A stretch of DNA of 56,947 nucleotides, counting the filler, from Platydemus manokwari (Eukaryota), in the NCBI GenBank assembly GCA_037951405.1. It is 5 parts of 5 records of this genome, joined end to end, with 100 filler letters (N's around TTAATTAATTAA, not from the genome) between each part and the next. Parts side by side here need not be neighbours in the genome. Positions count along the whole stretch, not along the records: positions 21,709 to 35,869 come from JBBMOY011516967.1; positions 35,970 to 48,030 come from JBBMOY010322225.1; 3 more parts are not named here. One strand, given 5' to 3'. The notes below the pieces were generated by a model. The model was not told the DNA's origin, searched no databases, and was given only the letters and a program-made list of their open reading frames with translations. Positions 26,661 through 39,353 of this stretch are shown here, in pieces. Every line of letters begins with the position of its first letter. Position 1 is the stretch's first letter. The translations under genes were made by a program, and so were the position numbers.

Positions 26661-27544
26661 AATATTATCGTTGTAACCAGTTCGGACACGAGCCAAATCT
26701 GTCTACAGAACGAAGCAGAGAAACCTACTCAAGTAATTGTAGCATGCGAAAACACACCTCAACCGAATTTGACCCGGTTACAACAACTCGAATAGGAATA
26801 TCTAGAAAAGAAAAGTCGAGTCGATGGAATCCGAACTCAAAACGAATTTTGCGGGATGTTACGCACCTGCAAAGTCAAGGTTTTCGGCATGTACAAATTC
26901 ATCATGGATAAGAAAATAAACAGAAAAATAAATAGAAAAATCATTATAACCATTTCAATGGAATAATAGGAAGAAGTAGAAACCCTGATAAAATAAAATA
27001 ATATAATTCACAAAATCAGCGAGACATGAAATCAAAATTTATAAAGAAATTATTCATAACAAAAAAGTAAATAAAAATAAAAGGGAAAATCAAGATGCTG
27101 CGAGGAAAAACCTATGATAAGATTGAAATATTTAGGAGAATATTACAGTGAAAATGATAACGAACCGATTAAGTTAAAAAATCTACCATTTATGAGCATG
27201 ATAGAAGACAAAGAACATTTTCCAAAAACTACATTTGAGGAAAATTTAAAGAAACTAATAATAATAATTTAAAATAATAATTTTAATAAAATTTTAATAA
27301 TTCAATAAATTTTAAAATAAAAAATAAAGTAATTATTAAATATTTTTATCTATACCTGATGAAGAATTCTAGAAAAAGATTTAAAAAAGAATTTAGATTT
27401 GTTTAAAAATTGTTTGATTTTTTTGTATTAAATAGAAGTTAAGAAAATCGTAATAATGATTTCTTTTATTGAATCATCAATTTCAAGCGAAGTAGCTGCT
27501 ACTAACGTGGCGACCACGCACATGGTTGCGATCTTGAGCAGACT

Positions 27545-27690
27545 TGTGCATGGAAAATACAGACGAGGCCTTGATATCGAACAGTTTATTAAAAGCTGTA
27601 ATAGATATTTCGATATTTGCAATACAACCGAATCGATGTGAAATCTGGTTGCAATTGCCTTATTAGATTGCTTTGAGAATTGATGTAAAC
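27545..27690 (+). mobile_element. Second gag N-terminal fragment
   Basis: GKYRRGLDIEQFIKSCNRYFDIC resembles the start of a retrotransposon capsid domain; it is interrupted by a stop. Confidence 0.45.
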
Positions 27691-30600
27691 AATTCTCAGT
27701 ATCTCAAACAAATTCTACAGTGCAATGCAAAGAATATGCAGATGATCAGCTCAATTCCCAATGGTATCCATCCTAGAAAATATGGCCATCCCCAATATTT
27801 TCAGAACGACAGATTGAAAGATGGAAATGTGGGCTACCAAAATAATTAAGCCACAACACATTACGTTGGCTGATATGGCAATCTCTCAACAAAAATGAAT
27901 ATGGGAATTGGACATCATAACCAGAAGCGCGGAGATCACAGACGAGAAAAAAGAAAGAAATTATCTGGATAGTACAACAAAATGAAGGATCCGAAGACTT
28001 GAGATGGAAAACGTGAAACAAGGAAGATCGAGAGCGGAACGACCAAAGACGGTTCCTTCTTAAAAAGGATATTTTCCTTTAAAAAAAATAATGAGTAATA
28101 CGGAATATTTAAAAAAACTTATGATTAAGATCAGAAATATTGGAATAACACAGATTAGTCAAAAATCACAGGGTGAAAAGCAGTGTTGTTTCGGTGAATT
28201 AAAAGAAAAACGAAAAAGACGACTATATAAGCACGGGTGAAATCATACTTTAATTCTACAACACAAAAATAGTACACTTGACAATTATCCTAATATCCCT
28301 GATATTTAGAGAAAGAACGATAATTCGGATGACAGACAGCACAAATACGAGGTATGTTTGGTCCCAAATCAGAAGAAAACCGATGCCTGAAGCTATCTAG
28401 TGTCATTTGCTGCCCGAGCTGGAAGACCTCAAAATCAGGAAATAGAGCACAGTAAAGATTGAAGATCCGCACTAGGAATTACAGGAAGTGAAAGCTATGT
28501 GCCGATCAATGTCTAAATTAATTTTGTAATGATTCATTTGTAATGTTTCATTTTCCTTAAAAAGAAAAGAGAACGAAAGGACAGTAATATAAAAACTATT
28601 ATAATAAAACCTGATTTACATTAACAAAACACCCCCAGTTAAAGGGGCATAGCTAAAAACAAATTATTAAAATACAACTATGATTATAACTTATTATTAT
28701 TATTATTGGACTTGATGCTGCGATCTAAGGAATACCAGAAACCCGGACCTCCTATTAATACAACCCCATAATTTTATTTAGTACTGGAAACCCAACAATT
28801 TCAACTTTAAATCCCCTTAAGTGAAACCACAAATAACCGAATCTATCAACGAAACTTCAAATTTTGGGACAAATCATACAGGAATGGGGACATGTATTGG
28901 CTAGATCACAAATCAATCAAAACGGTTACAAGACCCAAGGAAATAACACTAAAACGGTCGATACACACAAACGTGATAAGCACATAAGATTCAGCAAATA
29001 GAAAACGAAAATCCGTGACATCAAGCGACACACCCGATAGGTCTATAAGAAGTTGACTTCCATGAATCCAAACTAAATCAATTAAAGTAGGAAATTGTCA
29101 CAAAATTGAACAGATGTAGTGAAGTTAATGAAAAATTGCACTTTGGCCTGCCCGGGATATGATGAATCGACGAAAGTTATTCGATCAATTAATAGATAAA
29201 AGAACACCAATTTAGTGAAATTGGTGGGAAACCACAATACGAAAATAACATTGAATGTTTAAATGCACAGTGCTGCAAGTAAACCAGTATAAAAACAAAG
29301 ACAATCCGATTAATTCTCTGTAGGAAACAAATAATAGCAATAAAATCGAGTTCAATTAATAAATTATCCAATAATCAAGTCACCACAAAAATAAGATAAC
29401 ATTTGTAATCACCAGTGCAACCTCAGTTCTAACCAATGTTTTTGTGCATAAATGATGCTGTACGGTGTACATTGCATACATGGGAGTCAAGTGTATAACA
29501 ATCACAGAATAGGTTCATGTATATATTGAAGCCCCAAAATTGAATTTAGAAATTGCTGTATTTAGGTGTATATTTATAATGCACCAGTCCCTTATCGCCC
29601 TTTGTCTATTTAGAGATGCTATTCCAAATTATCGGACAACCCAGTAAGTTTTGATCTAGAATGTTTTTCAGTAAAATCAATGCAATAAATAATCCCGAAA
29701 TGAACAGCCAACATCAACGTGCTATTTTGAGAATGAATACCAGTCAATCCATGTTAAGAAATACCGACCTAAACAGAATTCGGGAATAAACACCTCTCAA
29801 TTCAATCTAAATCCCAATACACTGAAGTTCAAAACAGCTTCAAACAAATATTGATCCCACAAAGAAGTTAACTGTCATAGCAGAGATAAAAGTTCAATCA
29901 AAACTTGAGATCACGTTTTCTTATGCTCCCAGTGATGTTGGGTTTTGGGGCTATTGACAATTTTTAAAACTGCAATAATCAGACATTAATCGTGATTGTC
30001 AATATTCAATATTGTATTATGTATATAAATGTATTTCTTGTACGAAAAAATTTGCCAAAACTGTTTTTGTGAATTAATTATTTAAATATTATGTCTTGAT
30101 AAAAATTTATATAAATATTTTAGATAGTGATTAATTTATGAAACCTAATTAGACATGTTGGTAAGATATAATGCTATTGATGCAGACTATTATTATTAAA
30201 TTAACACTCTATCATAATAGAGTTAAACAATAAGCAGTTAACTCATATTAACTGGTTATTTATTCAAAATCGGAGATTAAATTATTGTATTTTATTCATT
30301 CTTATTTTATTAACAGATTGTATTAATTGTTATAAAAATTATATTTTATTATTTATCCTATTGTTATTTATTAGCACAACATTATCGCTTATAATTTTAT
30401 TTACATAGACATTTTGGAGTAAGGTGTACTATAAATTATATCAACTAATAAAAGCTCAAATTTTTTATTGTGCTTTGAAATTATATCATCTAACCTTGAA
30501 TTATTTTAAATATCTTATTTTAGATATCTTTTAACTCACAATGAAATCTCAACAATACTTTCAATTCAGGGTGAGTCATAGTGATATTCTGAACAAATTT

Positions 30601-32519
30601 TATGTATTAATTATTATTATTATTTATTCTAGAGTTGTACCCAATATTTTAAACAAACAGCTAAAAGAGACACATAAACAAAAAAGGCAAATCAAACACA
30701 TGAATTTAAAATTGTTCGGAATTAACTCCCATCCCTAATCAAAGGAATAGATGTAACAAATATTCAAAATAAAGAACCAATAAGGCTGGTGCTTTACTCA
30801 GATAGTGAGGAGAAAGAAGATGAAAAATACCCATCATCATTAGCTTATAAGGTACATGGAAAACACAACTGCTAAATCAGAAATGGGATATGATACATAG
30901 GGAATTTAAGACCAATAGTGGCCCATACAAATACCAGGACAGTGGCCCAGTCAGAAAATGGCTTGTTAGAGAAGAAAAAACCTGGGAAGATTTCGACGCT
31001 TGAGGTCAGCGAAAAACTTCGAATTCCAAATACTCCGATTTTCGAATTTCAGTTTTAAATACCAATAATAATATCTTATTAAACAGTTCTGACTTTATTA
31101 TATTTGAATATTCTATCAACATCTCTGACTATATTGTGATTGTCTGACTTTCACTATGTCATTATTTTAATATCTTTGGTAATTTTATGAATACTTGAAC
31201 GTGCATAAATTATTATATAAAAATATATATTATTATCGTTAAAAATCAGATTAATATTATAAATTAAACATAATAAAGATTTTGTGTTTTAAGACAATTT
31301 AATTAAAATAAAATAAAGGACAAGTTTAAAATTAATTAATAAATCGAAATGTCAATAAATTAAATAAAATTTGTAATGTCATGGAAAATATAAAGATTTA
31401 TAAAATTAAAGAACTTTTAAAATCATAAATCATAATATTCCAAGGTATGAAAAATAATAAAATTTTCTATATTATGGAAAAATCATAGGTACAAAATACA
31501 AAATTTCTGCGGTATATGTATTCATCATAAATCATTCTCACTCTAATTAAAACGAATAAGCCTGTGGACGAGTAGTTAATCGGAGAAATATAATACATTG
31601 CAAAAAACGATAAATTACAGTTAGAAATAATCTCTCTGTAAATATGATATTTTAAACAATTAATCAACAAGTTAAATGCTAAAAGAATCTTAAATTTTTG
31701 AATCCCATATTAATTTATTTTAAACTTTCTTTAAATTCATTAAGAAATTTAAAGTATTCTTTTTCTCACGCAAGATAACAATACCCATTTGTTATAAAAC
31801 TATATTGATTGAGTTAATTAGTACGACTTTTTTAATTTAATCGATAATTAATTTGAATTTGTGCCGTGAATTCATTATCTAAATGTTTCAAAATCTTATA
31901 CACAAACGAAATAGGACTTACGCTGTTGAGTTGCACAATATCAAATATAACAACATCTATAACTCATTAGGATTTAGATATTGTAGGAAACATCTTGTTG
32001 GAATCTCCCACCTAACATATTACAAAAATATTTGTACACATTACAACCAATATAATATAATAATATAATGTTAGATTCTTCCCACATAACATTCCCAGAC
32101 ATTTTACAAACACAACATACAAACCTTGACTAAAAACACAGAAAGAGAGCCAAGATAATTCGCAAAAATCAATCCAAGAATAATCAATTCCTATTCAATC
32201 AACAGTTGAGACATTTGTTCAGTGATTCAATATACATTGATATTGATTTTTAATGTGAAATTGCTGTTATTATCTTGACATTATTATCGATTCTAAAACT
32301 TTTGAATTGACAATATTATTAATTGATATTAATATGGAATTATTAATTGAGTTAATATTTATTTGAATATTATTATTGGTTATATTAATCGTTGTAAAGA
32401 GAAAGAAGAGAAAATTTCGACAGATATAATAAAGAAAAATAATTAATAAAAAGAAAAGAAAAATTAATTTGTAATTTATATGCAAAAATACCATGAGAAA
32501 AGAATGGATAAAATTAGAA

Positions 32520-34400
32520 TTCGTTCGCTGATTAGGTTAGTATAAATAGCCGATCGGAATTCCGTCACAACGCAATACTAAAACACAGTTTTCTAGAAGT
32601 GACTTTTGAATCGAATAGATCAGCCTGAACGATTTAAGCCACAGCTATTAATTGATACATTAAATTTAGATTTTATCAAGAATTGCACTCAGTCATTTCA
32701 TTAATTATTTCATTAACAATTGTTAAAATATAGGAATTTAACTTTAAACGGTCAAGCAGAGGACTAGCTTTAGAAACTTTAAGAATAATTCAGTTAAGAA
32801 AAATTATTTTGATAACGTGGTCATCAATAGTCGTTATTGAAGTCCTCTAAAATTTGTATATAAATCTAAAGCTAATCGATTAAACAAGTATAATTAAGCA
32901 TAAACAAAATAAAGCAGAGAGATATTATTATAGCAAATAACAGGTGATTTATTAATCTAATATCTCTAACCATTCAACATTCAACCATAATAAATAATCG
33001 ATCGTTGAATTATTGATTTATTAATCGATTACCAGATTATCACTCACCGTTTCCCATCATCTTTTTTTTATCTTTCAAGCCCCGCTAATTTATAATTGAT
33101 AAAATACGCTATATAACAACAATCAATATTAATTATTGCACTTAATTACTACCTAAAGTTATCAGATCTCACGAGATTGAAAAGACGTAATTATTGTTAA
33201 TAGGATAAATTATAATAATGCGATCAAAAGAATTAAAACAACAACATACCACCCGAAGTAACATTACGTGTTCCAAGTCACGAGGAAGCTTGTTTAAACA
33301 ATAAATAAACAATTGGTTAAAATTATTGAAGATAAAATTATTAAAATCTTGAAATAATTTAAAGTATAGAGCTCAAAGTATAGTACTCAAGTAATAATAA
33401 AAGAATAGTTATAAATAACAATTAAGGTTCAGAAAAAAATTCAAAAATTGAAGCGCTATTAAACAAGATTAGCTAAATCTGATAAATTGAAATTTAAAAA
33501 GATAATAAATCTCGTAAATAGTATAAAATTGAAATTGAATATACGCTTAAAGAACTGCGAATTGTAATTTTTTCATTGATTTTGAAGGATAAGAACTTCA
33601 TATTGATCGTCGAAACATTGGATATAAAATTAAAAAATATCTCCACCTATCTTATTTATTTATATTTATCATATTACTTTATTTAAATATATCATATTAC
33701 TTTATTTAAATCTATAGGCATAATAAATTATTCTTTACAATATTAATGGATGTCTTTAAATCATTCTATACTTTGGAACCAATCAAAATCAGTGACTACA
33801 ATATTTCCTTCTAACACATCAATTAGAACTCCCAAACTCATAACATATCAATCAGATAAAGATGTCAGAAAGGCCTTCCACAAATGCATGATAAAGCAAA
33901 GATCAAAAAGATCACAGCATAAAAGGTTCGCGCTGTATACGCAAATACACAAGGTATTATCTTTCATTTAACAACAGTAAAGGTCAATTGGTTAGTAATT
34001 ATTCATTTTAATTTTAGAATCAATACCGCCAATCAGCGCATAGGAAAGTCTATTCGATGGCTGTAAGATTTGTTTATATTATATTTCCTTAATTAATGTT
34101 TCCTCTTCAGTCTAGAATAACAGCCAGATGATTTTATATTAATTTTGAATTGTTATTTATATTTTTTTGAGAGTTCCTGGTGTTTTATATCCGGCTCACA
34201 ATTAAACCTTACAATATTTCCACAATATAATAATTTCATTTTTAGCCTGGAATTAGAAGGTTATTTCATTTTTTGGAATTTCATTTTCATTCTTTTCAGA
34301 GAAACCGAAAAACTAGAGAAATCGGATTTATATAATTTACAGAGACTCACCGATCAACCACCTAAACCAGCTCGAACTGAGGTTCATTAAATGTGCCAAA
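32520..34400 (+). repeat. LTR/leader-like repeat remnants
   Basis: TATAAATAG promoter-like motif at ~32541. TTCAAGCCCCG(C/T)TAATT (33075) recurs at ~55553, and TTTTTTGGAATTT...CAGCTC (34268-34373) recurs at ~55293-55416. Confidence 0.35.
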
Positions 34401-35869
34401 TCAAGTCAAAACCGACCAAATTACCAAAATTGGCTAAATCAATCAAGAGCACCGATGAACACTCCACTTTTCAGTCTGGATACATAACATAAAACCCATT
34501 ACCACACTATGACCATGCCCACTTGACGAATTTAACACAATGCACTGAGCATATCTATTGACATTAAAATCTCATTGTTTTGTCGATACGCTGACACCGC
34601 ACAACATCTCAGGCTTTAATATGAACCATCGAAATCTGAGGTGACCTCTCCAAATTAATTATTCAATATAACTCAAATAAAAACCAGAGCTAGAATTCTT
34701 GATTTATCATCGAAGGATGGAATGGATTTATTTCTTGGCATCACAACCGACACTACCAACTGAAATTTTCGAAACAAAAGACATCTTTCGTTGTATAATA
34801 TTTTAACATTTATGAGTTCTTTTTTTGAAAAGGAATTACTTAATTTTTTTAAATCTATGTATTGTTCATTATTATTTTTTAAAAGAAAAGTTAACAATAT
34901 TAAAATGTCGATTATAAGAGTGATCGAATAATAAGAATGACCATTCCAATAATAATAAAATAATGTGTAATGATATAATATATTTCATTTCTTTTGTAAT
35001 TTTTATTTATTCACCTATGCTTAACTGGGAATGTTTTTAAATATAAGTAAAATTATAAAATTACTCACTGTTATTATTCTTCTTTTTTAAAAAAACAAAA
35101 GATTACTAAGAAATATTTAAATTTTGCATTCGCTTTCGTTTTAACTTTGGTACCTTTACGCTGGATTTTAAGTTGAAATCCATCTATCTTTATTTCATTC
35201 TTCGTCTATGCCATGGAACCGCTGCCCGAATTCGATTACTCGATGCCTTGGAGTTATATTACCATTCCGAAACAATTTACAGTTAAAATTGTGCCTCATA
35301 TAAAGGAAATTTGAGAAAGACAAAATGTGATGTGTTTTGTACAAATTTCAAAAACAAAATTTATTATCGAATTATTAATAGTTGAAATTTTCTAATTAAA
35401 TAGAAATAAAAAATTAATTTAATTAAAATAACAAAAGAAAAATTAAATAACTCAAAAGATTTTTAATCGGCGAATATGTGAAGAAATTTAAACATACATT
35501 CAATTATTTAAAATAACATCCTCACATATGTTCAAATAATGTCAATCTTTATCAGAATAATTTTAAAATTCGACAAGTATAAATGTTTATAATTAATTGA
35601 TTATTTGAAAAATCTTTAGAATTTTGATAATCATGCGTTTTTAAAATTTTCGAATAATAATCATCAAAAATAGAAATTCTCAAATTTGAGAAACAAATTT
35701 AGGAGATAACATAAAATTATTGAATAAATGAAATACAATTTTTTTTTGTTATTTTGCATTTTATTCTTTTATTTTATTCTTCATTTTTTCTTAAATTATT
35801 TAATAGCTTATTTTGAAGTTGTGATTTAGATAAATACTATAAATTGACTATCGTGGAATATAATTTAAC

Positions 35870-35969
35870 NNNNNNNNNNNNNNNNNNNNNNNNNNNNNNN
35901 NNNNNNNNNNNNNTTAATTAATTAANNNNNNNNNNNNNNNNNNNNNNNNNNNNNNNNNNNNNNNNNNNN
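35870..35969. other. Assembly spacer
   Basis: N44-TTAATTAATTAA-N44. Confidence 0.98.
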
Positions 35970-36188
35970 CAATGAAATTCCAAATTGGGTTCATTCATTT
36001 TTCTATTTACTTTTTTAATTTACTTTATTTTTAAAATTAGGGCAATTTTATGATTTTTAAATATGTTTATTATATACTTATTTTCTACTCTAAGGTTAGT
36101 ATACTGCTTTATTTCCTTAATTGCAAAATGTGCAATTTGGAGGTGATTCGTGTGATATACTGAAGTTGTAAAATTTGATTGTTTTACT

Positions 36189-36287
36189 AGTAGTGGGAAA
36201 AGGAGGATCCTAACTCAAATCCTAGACAATTTGAGCGCAACGAGAATTGGCTAGTGTTTGGGTTAGGACCCTCATTTTCCCACTTCT
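36189..36287. repeat. ~99-bp imperfect palindrome (foldback)
   Basis: AGTGGGAAAA-GGAGG-A-TCCTAACTCAAA-TC-CTAG-A-CAATT pairs with AATTG-G-CTAG-TG-TTTGGGTTAGGA-C-CCTCA-TTTTCCCACT around a ~13-nt loop. Confidence 0.85.
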
Positions 36288-37273
36288 TACTAAATCGTAT
36301 GCTAGAAACTTGCACGATAACAAATTTTTATCATGAAAATAAAGAGGACTGCTTCGTAATATAATCTGTGATTGAGAACAAGAAATTGGGACAACTCGAA
36401 ATTGAGTAATAAGAAGCGAGACAACAAAATGAAACTAACAATGATTTGAGTTAAAGGGAAACTACTCATTAATTAATATACCAAAAGCAAAATATATATT
36501 AAATTATTTCAAACTGTTTATCTTAAATTTATCAGAATAACAACACATATTTGTAACTCCCCGAAAGTTAACACTGTTTAACCACATAACCAAGTATATA
36601 TAAGAATTCACGCTATTGAGTTTGAACAATGATATTAAACAACACAAACCAAACCAGTCTAGTGATTTTTGCTAAAACCGATCCCTCATTTTTTCCTTAT
36701 TCGCATAGAACATAATATAACATATTATATTACATATTTATACTTTAATTTGCATAACATTTATTTATAATTCAATCTTCATATTATTCCAGAAATTCAC
36801 CTCGAAGGATAAGAGTGATGGCATTCATAAACAATAATTCTCAACCAAATAATAGGTTTTTATGTAACTTAAAATATCTGTGACTCATTAGCAAAGATGA
36901 CACCAAATACTTTGTCTTGCAAGGCCTCATATATCAAGAATACGTAGTGTGGGTATTATGAGTGCTAATTTAAATCCAATAAGTATGTATCGCACTAATC
37001 CTTTACATACTTTTTTATTTTAATAAGTTTTTTTCAAGTATTATACTTCTCAGTTCGAGAACAGAGCTACTTTATGCCAAAGCAAATATTCACAGACAAA
37101 TAATGGTAGTAGTTTTATTAATAATAAACATGAATCGTAAATGAAAAAAATAAGTTAAATTAAATTTAAAATTAAATATTTGTTTAAATATTATGGAAAA
37201 TTTGTAATCAAATATTTTGAAAATTCATTAAACTTATCATGGATTAGGTAAGTCTTCATTAAATTTAATAATT

Positions 37274-37379
37274 TGTCATTAAATGATGATTTTTATGATA
37301 CGTTCTTTGTATTTATCTTCGTTTTGAAGGTATACATAATATGAACGATTTTCATGTCATAGTTACTCTGATAATGATA
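37274..37379 (+). ncRNA. SNORD46: Box C/D snoRNA, SNORD46 (U46/U40)/snR63 type, copy 1
   Basis: Box C ATGATGA at 37283-37289 and box D CTGA at 37368-37371, with terminal stem TGTCATTA/TAATGATA. The guide GTCATAGTTACT is complementary to LSU rRNA helix-69 AGUAACUAUGAC, and the D+5 rule points to the A equivalent to yeast Am2256. Confidence 0.9.
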
Positions 37380-37533
37380 ATTTCTTTTAATATTTACGTT
37401 TATTTAATGAATTGTTAACCTGTTTACTTTAGGTCACAATTGTTCAAGTCAACTAGAAATTTAATGTTGCAAACAAAATGGTAGTAAAGATTTCCGAAGG
37501 TATGATTTTAAATTAATATTTAACTAAATTTTT

Positions 37534-37632
37534 GTAAAATGATTATAAATTCCACTTCGTTCAATGAATTATTCTTCGTTTTGAAGGTATTCGTATTATG
37601 TTCGATTTTCATGTCATAGTTACTCTGATTAC
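37534..37632 (+). ncRNA. SNORD46: Box C/D snoRNA, SNORD46/snR63 type, copy 2
   Basis: Variant box C ATGATTA at 37539-37545, the same guide GTCATAGTTACT, box D at 37625-37628 and terminal stem GTAA/TTAC. Confidence 0.85.
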
Positions 37633-37767
37633 TTACCTATAATAATTTAAATTATTATTATTTGAGTCCTTATAGAATATTATTTTAGCAATGAATAACA
37701 AAGGAATAGGCAGCCTGATAAAATCACCAAAAACAAGGTATTTATACTTTAATATTAATAGGAAATT

Positions 37768-37868
37768 AATTAATGATGATACATTTTAAACGTTCAATGT
37801 AATATTCTTCGTTTTGAAGGTGTTCATATTATGTTCGATTTATATTATGTCATAGTTACTCTGAATTT
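37768..37868 (+). ncRNA. SNORD46: Box C/D snoRNA, SNORD46/snR63 type, copy 3
   Basis: Box C ATGATGA at 37773-37779, the same guide and box D at 37861-37864; the terminal stem is weak. Confidence 0.87.
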
Positions 37869-38309
37869 TATAAATGTTAAAAGTTATGAAATATTTGAAA
37901 CATTTCATTAATATGTTTTTCGTTTTAGGATGATGCACTATAAACCAGAATGATCAATTGATTTTCTGAAATATATTTTGTGATTTGATGATTTGTTGTT
38001 TCGTAATTTTTGGTAATACAATAGGTTTTATATTTGATATGAAAAAAATATTGTCGTTTAATATATAATATATCTTACTTTCAATATAGAACATGTTTGA
38101 ATTAGTAAAAATTTATTGGGATTAATGGTTCATAAATTTGATTTATAATTTTTGTCACAGTTAATTATTAGGAAATATAGCATTTCTTGTAGTAAATAAA
38201 GTTTTCTCGTTAAATTATGGTTTTTGGTAGAATGAATTTTCTAATATTATTTGAGTTAAAAAATATTCTGTATATGTATCTTTAACTGAATTATCCAAGA
38301 ACAATTGAT

Positions 38310-39060
38310 TAAAGCACTCTTCCTGGAATTATGATGCACAATCAGGACATACACATCAATGTAGGCCTAACTCGCATACAAATCAACCAAGTGAGACGAA
38401 GGCAATAGAAATCACCGTAAAATATGCCTAAACACACAACAATTCCACTTATCTTATTTTGAATCAAATCCCAATGGATCCGATATCCCAAATAGATCAT
38501 GGAACAATACTGTGGACCCGGCCAAAACAATTACCATCAGCATTGACAGCAATAAATGCAAACATGGAGCACTTAAAAAACCTATCATACAAATAATTGG
38601 TCCTAGAACCCCAATCTCAAAATGTGCAAATGACACAGACAATGGTTTGCTGTACGATATACGGACATTACAAAATCCCGCATTGACATGGAAATCAGGT
38701 TATGTACCAAAGGTCCATGATACACCAGTTCTATCATGGGACTATTTTGAGGACGCAAAGTGAAATAATGAATTGGTCAATAGCCGTAGAAAACAACAGT
38801 ACCAATATGCCGTCACTATTCGGAATCTCACGAGAGAAAAATTCAATGCTGTCCTCAGAAACACAGATCGTTACTGAGATTCATAACAATTCCGCGCCAA
38901 CAGTTAAGTTAGAATTCCAAATAACGAGCAATGCTATGCTGAATTCGAGGATATTACTGCACTGAACGTCAATGACGATGAGAAAGAGAGATTCTGATCC
39001 TACTACACTGGGATTCTGCGAGTTTCGACCACCAACAGCAACTCTAGAATATCTGTGGTG
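38310..39060 (+). mobile_element. Decayed viral/retroelement envelope glycoprotein-like fragment
   Basis: A higher-GC island with broken frames: DHGTILW, KCKHG, PISKC, and VRIPNNEQCYAEF...NVN...F...YTGIL, resembling the CY-E...F...T-IL block of class III (gB/chuvirus-type) env proteins in LTR elements. Confidence 0.35.
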
Positions 39061-39353
39061 GTGGTGTCATCCTGTATTACAAAAAATTTGTTTTATGAAT
39101 AAATATTTGTATACTATATAAAAATTTTTTTCGTGTTCATATATTTAAATAATATGATACGGCAATATATCAACTGACCAAAATAAATTGAAATTTAATA
39201 ATCTGTTTAGACAGTATTTTTAGACTTAATTGTCATCTATAATATTTCATTTCTTATAATTAAATGAAAAAGTCATGGAAACTTTTTATTAATTGATTTA
39301 GATTTTAAAATTGATTATTTTAATGACTTATTAAAGGAATATACGAACTTCAA

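Larger units (their letters stand above)
37200..37990 (+). ncRNA. snoRNA host transcript, probably non-coding; outer ends approximate
   Basis: Three similar-sized GT-AG introns (37248-37432, 37500-37688, 37738-37928) are separated by 67- and 49-nt exons. Each intron holds one snoRNA. The longest spliced ORF is only 31 aa. Confidence 0.75.

Noticed and set aside
37310-37864. Three spaced repeats read as a CRISPR array or satellite
   Set aside because: Fully explained as intronic C/D snoRNA paralogues.
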